The translations under genes and the position numbers were made by a program. A stretch of 64,000 nucleotides of DNA from Desulfatiglandales bacterium. GTDB lineage: Bacteria > Desulfobacterota > DSM-4660 > Desulfatiglandales > Desulfatiglandaceae. Where the stretch lies: positions 3,392,001 through 3,456,000 of the forward strand of contig OY762721.1 in NCBI GenBank assembly GCA_963666345.1, given 5' to 3'. The notes beneath the pieces were generated by a model, which saw only the letters and a program-made list of their open reading frames with translations, was not told where the DNA came from and did not search any database. Positions 60,034 through 64,000 of the stretch are shown here, piece by piece. Position 1 is the stretch's first letter. Every line of letters begins with the position of its first letter.

Positions 60034-60918
60034 ATGGAAATAATCATATACGGCGCCATTAACAGCATCGTCTTCGCGCTCATCGCAGTGGGGTTTTCGC
60101 TGGTGTACGGGGTGAGCCGGATACCCAACTTCGCGCACGGCTCGATTTACGTGCTGGTGGGATTTCTCACCTGGAGTTTTCTGAACGACCTCAAAATGCC
60201 CTATTGGGCTGCCATATTGAGCTCCCTTGTGATCGCGGCCGCTTTGGGCCTTGCCATTTACCGGTTCGTGCTCATGCGCCTCAGGGGACTTCCAACCTCG
60301 GAGATCATAGCCTCCTTTGCGGTCAGCCTCATTATCCTGGAAGGCCTTCGGATGCAGGGTATTGCCGGGTTCAAGGGTTTCATAGGGCCCTTTTACGTCC
60401 TGCCGCCCCTGATCGAGGGAAAAATCCTTGTAATGGGGGTGTTCGTTGATTATCAGAGGCTCATTATCATGGGCGGCGGGATATCTATGCTGCTTTTTTT
60501 GTGGGCCTTCACCCATTACTCCAAGATGGGGCTTTCCCTAAGGGCTATCGCCCAGGATGAGCAGGCCGCAATGATGCTTGGTATAAACTCGGACCGAGTG
60601 GCCATGGTCGCGCTTGCCATCGGATCCGCACTTGCCGGACTTGCCGCGGTTCTGATCCTGCCTCTGGGCAATATCGCCGCGGAACAGGGCTACCGGGTGC
60701 TCATCTATGCCCTTGCGGTATGTATCATAGGAGGGCTGGGCAGTTGGGCCGGTACCATACTGGCCTCATTCGTGCTCGGTTTTGCAATGATCATAAGCAC
60801 GTCTTTATTCGGTGCCCTGTGGGAATCGGTCGTGCTGGTGGGCACCATCATACTAATCCTCCTGGTTAAGCCCTCGGGCCTGCTGGGGAAACAGAAGGAA
60901 CTGGAGGAAAGAGTCTAA
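60034..60918 (+). CDS. ABC permease LivH-like
   Basis: GFSLVYGVSRIPNFAHG, RAIAQD, GGLGS. Confidence 0.92.
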   Translation: MEIIIYGAINSIVFALIAVGFSLVYGVSRIPNFAHGSIYVLVGFLTWSFLNDLKMPYWAAILSSLVIAAALGLAIYRFVLMRLRGLPTSEIIASFAVSLIILEGLRMQGIAGFKGFIGPFYVLPPLIEGKILVMGVFVDYQRLIIMGGGISMLLFLWAFTHYSKMGLSLRAIAQDEQAAMMLGINSDRVAMVALAIGSALAGLAAVLILPLGNIAAEQGYRVLIYALAVCIIGGLGSWAGTILASFVLGFAMIISTSLFGALWESVVLVGTIILILLVKPSGLLGKQKELEERV

Positions 60919-61929
60919 ATGCCTGCAGAGACCCGTCGTAAGAAACGGCTGGACAGGAGTATCAAGGTGCGCAGTGAGGGGCTCTACGGCCTTGCTTCCT
61001 GGCGTGAAATGACCTACCTGGCATGCCCCAGAGTAATTCTGATTGCCGGACTTCTGGTGCTGCCCCTGGTTCTGGACATGTACTGGCAGCGGGTATTATG
61101 TGCGGCCGGTATCTACGCTCTGCTTGCGCTCAGCTTTGATTTTCTGGCGCATTTCGTGGGACTGGTCTGCCTGGGAGGCGCCATGTTCATAGGCTTCGGG
61201 GGTTACATTTCCGGGAGCCTCAACGAATACATGGGATGGGCCCCGATTGTCACGATTCCTATCGCCACGGTGGCGGGGGCGTTTCTGTCCACCTTGGTGC
61301 TCGTTCCATGTCTGAGGCTGCGCGGCATATATTTCGCCATCGTGAGCTTTATGCTTCCCCTGTTTGCCGTCTACGTTATAATCGCGCTAAGCCTTTTCGG
61401 GAGCACCGAAGGACTCAGCGCCCTGGCGACCTTTCCCAATTCATGGGTGGAACAGTACCTGATCCTGGTGGTTGTACTGGTGGCCCTTTTTTCGGTCAGA
61501 CGACTGGTCTCGGAGGATATCGGCCTAATCCTTCGCAGTATCAAAGACAATGACCAGGCGGTAAAGGCCTCCGGTATCAGTATCACCATTTACCGCATAA
61601 AGGCGGTTTTCATAGCCTCCCTCATCGGATGTTTCGCCGGGGCCTACCTGTGCCATCTTTACGGGTGGGTGGGGCTCAGCCTGTTTGCCATGGATTTTTC
61701 AATACTCCCGATAGCCGCTACCGTGCTTGGCGGTATGGGAAGCCTTGTGGGTGCGGTCCTGGGGGCCTTCATCCTAACCCCCCTTTCAGAGGCGTTGAGG
61801 GGATTCGGGCAGCTTCGGGTGGTTCTCTACTGCTTGGTTCTGCTCTGTTTCATCCTCTACAAACCGGAGGGGCTCATGAATGTGCTTGAAAGGAAATATC
61901 ACCAGTTCGAAAAATGGGAAAAGGTTTAG
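60919..61929 (+). CDS. ABC permease LivM-like
   Basis: LRLRGIYFAI, LGGMGS, KPEGL. Confidence 0.92.
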   Translation: MPAETRRKKRLDRSIKVRSEGLYGLASWREMTYLACPRVILIAGLLVLPLVLDMYWQRVLCAAGIYALLALSFDFLAHFVGLVCLGGAMFIGFGGYISGSLNEYMGWAPIVTIPIATVAGAFLSTLVLVPCLRLRGIYFAIVSFMLPLFAVYVIIALSLFGSTEGLSALATFPNSWVEQYLILVVVLVALFSVRRLVSEDIGLILRSIKDNDQAVKASGISITIYRIKAVFIASLIGCFAGAYLCHLYGWVGLSLFAMDFSILPIAATVLGGMGSLVGAVLGAFILTPLSEALRGFGQLRVVLYCLVLLCFILYKPEGLMNVLERKYHQFEKWEKV

Positions 61930-61930
61930 C

Positions 61931-62689
61931 ATGGCCGAAGAACCTATACTTCATGTCGAGAAACTGAGCAAGTCGTTCGGCGGGGTTCAGGCGGTATTTG
62001 ACGTGGGCTTTGATCTGAATCATGGAGAGATCCTCGGCGTAATCGGACCGAACGGGGCAGGAAAGACCACTCTTGTAAACCTGATAAGCGGTTTTGTCAC
62101 ACCTGACAGGGGTGAGGTCATGTTCAAGGGTGAGGAGATCACGAGAAAGCCTCCGCATAGGATCGCCAACCTGGGTCTTGCTCGCACCTTCCAGGTCATG
62201 CGACCTTATCACAGCCTTCCCGCCTACAAAAATCTTATCGTTCCGCTCAATTCTCCCAGGGTTCGCAGGACCCGCGGAGGAAAACTGGGTGACAGAGACT
62301 CGGTTGCGATCGATCTGCTTGAGGAGGTAGGTTTTGAAAGAGACGCGCGGGTCCCTTACAAGACAGCCGGGTCACTCCCACTGGGTTATCTCAAGCGGCT
62401 GGAGCTGGCACGCTGCATGGCATTGAGGCCGGAGGTGATTTTGTGTGACGAAATTTTTTCAGGGCTGAGCATGTCTGAGATCTCCAGCCTCATACCCCTC
62501 CTGGAAAAGCTCAAGATGGAGGGTGTCACCCTTATGATGATTGAGCATCGTCTGCGGGAACTGTTCCGGCTCGCGGACCGGGTTATGGTAATGAGTTTCG
62601 GGAGCAAGATCGCCGAAGGGATTGCGGCCGAGGTTATGGAGGAGCCGAGGGTCAAAGAGGCCTACCTGGGTAAGGAGAAAACCGGATGA
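61931..62689 (+). CDS. ABC ATP-binding LivG-like
   Basis: GPNGAGKTT, ARTFQ, KRLELAR, IEH. Confidence 0.92.
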   Translation: MAEEPILHVEKLSKSFGGVQAVFDVGFDLNHGEILGVIGPNGAGKTTLVNLISGFVTPDRGEVMFKGEEITRKPPHRIANLGLARTFQVMRPYHSLPAYKNLIVPLNSPRVRRTRGGKLGDRDSVAIDLLEEVGFERDARVPYKTAGSLPLGYLKRLELARCMALRPEVILCDEIFSGLSMSEISSLIPLLEKLKMEGVTLMMIEHRLRELFRLADRVMVMSFGSKIAEGIAAEVMEEPRVKEAYLGKEKTG

Positions 62690-63438
62690 ATGTCCTGGAA
62701 GTAAGAGACCTGATGGTGTTCTATGAAAACGCCATTGCCATTAATAACGTGAATCTTTCCTGCGTAAAAGGTGAGATCACCGGGGCCTTCGGTGCCAACA
62801 GCGCCGGAAAATCCACCTTCATGTACACGGTTTCCGGAATCATCCTGGATCTGAAACGGAAGGAGAAGATGCGGGGAGGGGAACGTATTACAGTCATGGG
62901 CAGTATCCTGCACATGGGAGAGGAGATCATCGGCATGGAACCCAGCCTTCGGGCAAGGCAGGGAATCGTGCTCTGCCCGGAGCGGCGCCGTATCTTTCAG
63001 GAAAGCAGCGTAATGGAGAATCTCAGGATCGGCGGTATCCTTGCAACAAAGGCTCAGGCAAAGAAGACCCTCGATTATGTGTTTGATCTTTTTCCTCCGC
63101 TCTGGCGATTGAAAAAAAGGGAAGGTGGATTCCTGAGCGGGGGGGAGCAACAGATGCTCGCAATAGGCCGCGCCCTCATGGCCCAGCCCACGCTGCTGCT
63201 GCTCGACGAACCGCTGCTCGGTTTGAGCCCGGTCATGGAGGAGATGCTGACAGACGCAATCGAGAACATAAACAGGGAGACCGGGATAACCGTATGCATC
63301 ACGGAGCAGTACGCCAGACCGATTCTTCCGATTATCCATCATGGGTATGTCCTTGAAAACGGGGGAGTAGTTCTGGAAGGAACTTCTGAAGAACTGATGG
63401 ACAACCCGGATGTGAAGTCCGCCTATTTCGGTATGTAG
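62686..63438 (+). CDS. ABC ATP-binding LivF-like
   Basis: GANSAGKST, LSGGEQQMLAIGRALM, LDEP. Confidence 0.92.
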   Translation: MNVLEVRDLMVFYENAIAINNVNLSCVKGEITGAFGANSAGKSTFMYTVSGIILDLKRKEKMRGGERITVMGSILHMGEEIIGMEPSLRARQGIVLCPERRRIFQESSVMENLRIGGILATKAQAKKTLDYVFDLFPPLWRLKKREGGFLSGGEQQMLAIGRALMAQPTLLLLDEPLLGLSPVMEEMLTDAIENINRETGITVCITEQYARPILPIIHHGYVLENGGVVLEGTSEELMDNPDVKSAYFGM

Positions 63439-63491
63439 GCCCCTTAACCCCCAAACTGATTCATAAAGCCGCTGCATTCGGAGGAATGCCG

Positions 63492-64000
63492 ATGTCGGAA
63501 GTAAATGAACTGCTAATAGCCGGGTTTCACCGCGCCTGCGAAAGATTCCCCGACCACGTTGCCATTATCTATCTGGGGGAACGTTTCACCTACACCCGCC
63601 TGAGCAGGCTTATCGACCGGTTTGCCTCAGGGCTGCATCAGATGGGTGTCGGTAAGCAGGACAAGGTGATGATCTATCTGCCGAACTGTCCGCAGTTTCT
63701 GATCGGTTACCTTGGAGCGCAGCAGATAGGAGCGATTCCGGTTCCGGTCTCACCAATCTACACCCCCCACGAACTCAGATACCTGATCAACGACGCAGGG
63801 GCCGAAACGGTCCTTTGCCAGGACACCAATTTTCGCTACATAAAAGAGGTGTTACCTTCGACAGGGATAAAACGTGTCGTGGTGACGAACTACGTGGACC
63901 TGCTTCCGATGTACAAGCGTGCCTTCGGGTTCCTCTTCGACATCGTGCCGGACGGCGTGATTGAAAAGGATGACCATGTGCGAACATTCAAGGACCTGCT
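63492..64000 (+). CDS. Long-chain acyl-CoA ligase, N-terminal part, runs off window end
   Basis: GGAGGA RBS; FPDHVAIIYLGERFTY, GVGKQDKVMIYLPNCPQF, SPIYTPHEL. Confidence 0.85.
   Translation, partial: MSEVNELLIAGFHRACERFPDHVAIIYLGERFTYTRLSRLIDRFASGLHQMGVGKQDKVMIYLPNCPQFLIGYLGAQQIGAIPVPVSPIYTPHELRYLINDAGAETVLCQDTNFRYIKEVLPSTGIKRVVVTNYVDLLPMYKRAFGFLFDIVPDGVIEKDDHVRTFKDL

Overview
Chromosomal window from an anaerobic deltaproteobacterium-like organism. The taxonomy is inferred from the Ahb heme pathway, sigma54 psp locus, several Liv-type ABC/CoA-ligase clusters and probable selenocysteine use. Housekeeping and metabolic content: a Liv-type ABC + acyl-CoA ligase cluster at each end, recO, thiolase, purL/purQ, a ClpX-like ATPase followed by ahbC-hemB-ahbD-ahbA, rmlA/rmlC, ihfA, pspF/pspABC, a GntR-BKACE-TctCBA-isomerase-RpiB-DhaKL catabolic cluster, an MFS transporter and proA. 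The main accessory feature is a 15.4 kb integrated element (12082-27476) bounded by a 16-bp direct repeat. All its native genes are on the minus strand: a Cys-rich sigma4-like ORF, MerR-like, Cro-like and AlpA-like HTH genes, a primase-polymerase/helicase with internal iterons, a ribosomal protein bS21-like gene, a P27-type small terminase, a tape measure protein and a tyrosine integrase. No large terminase, portal or capsid gene is visible, so it resembles a phage satellite that supplies its own tape measure and bS21. Two apparently identical IS21 copies have hit it. Features missed by the ORF track: a 57-aa membrane selenoprotein candidate with in-frame UGA and SECIS-like hairpin (57796-57969), a twice-repeated conserved small-ORF/sRNA unit (about 4871-4998 and 33948-34090), a twice-repeated MITE-like element and a 46-aa basic protein. 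All calls come from reading the sequence and translations; no searches were run.
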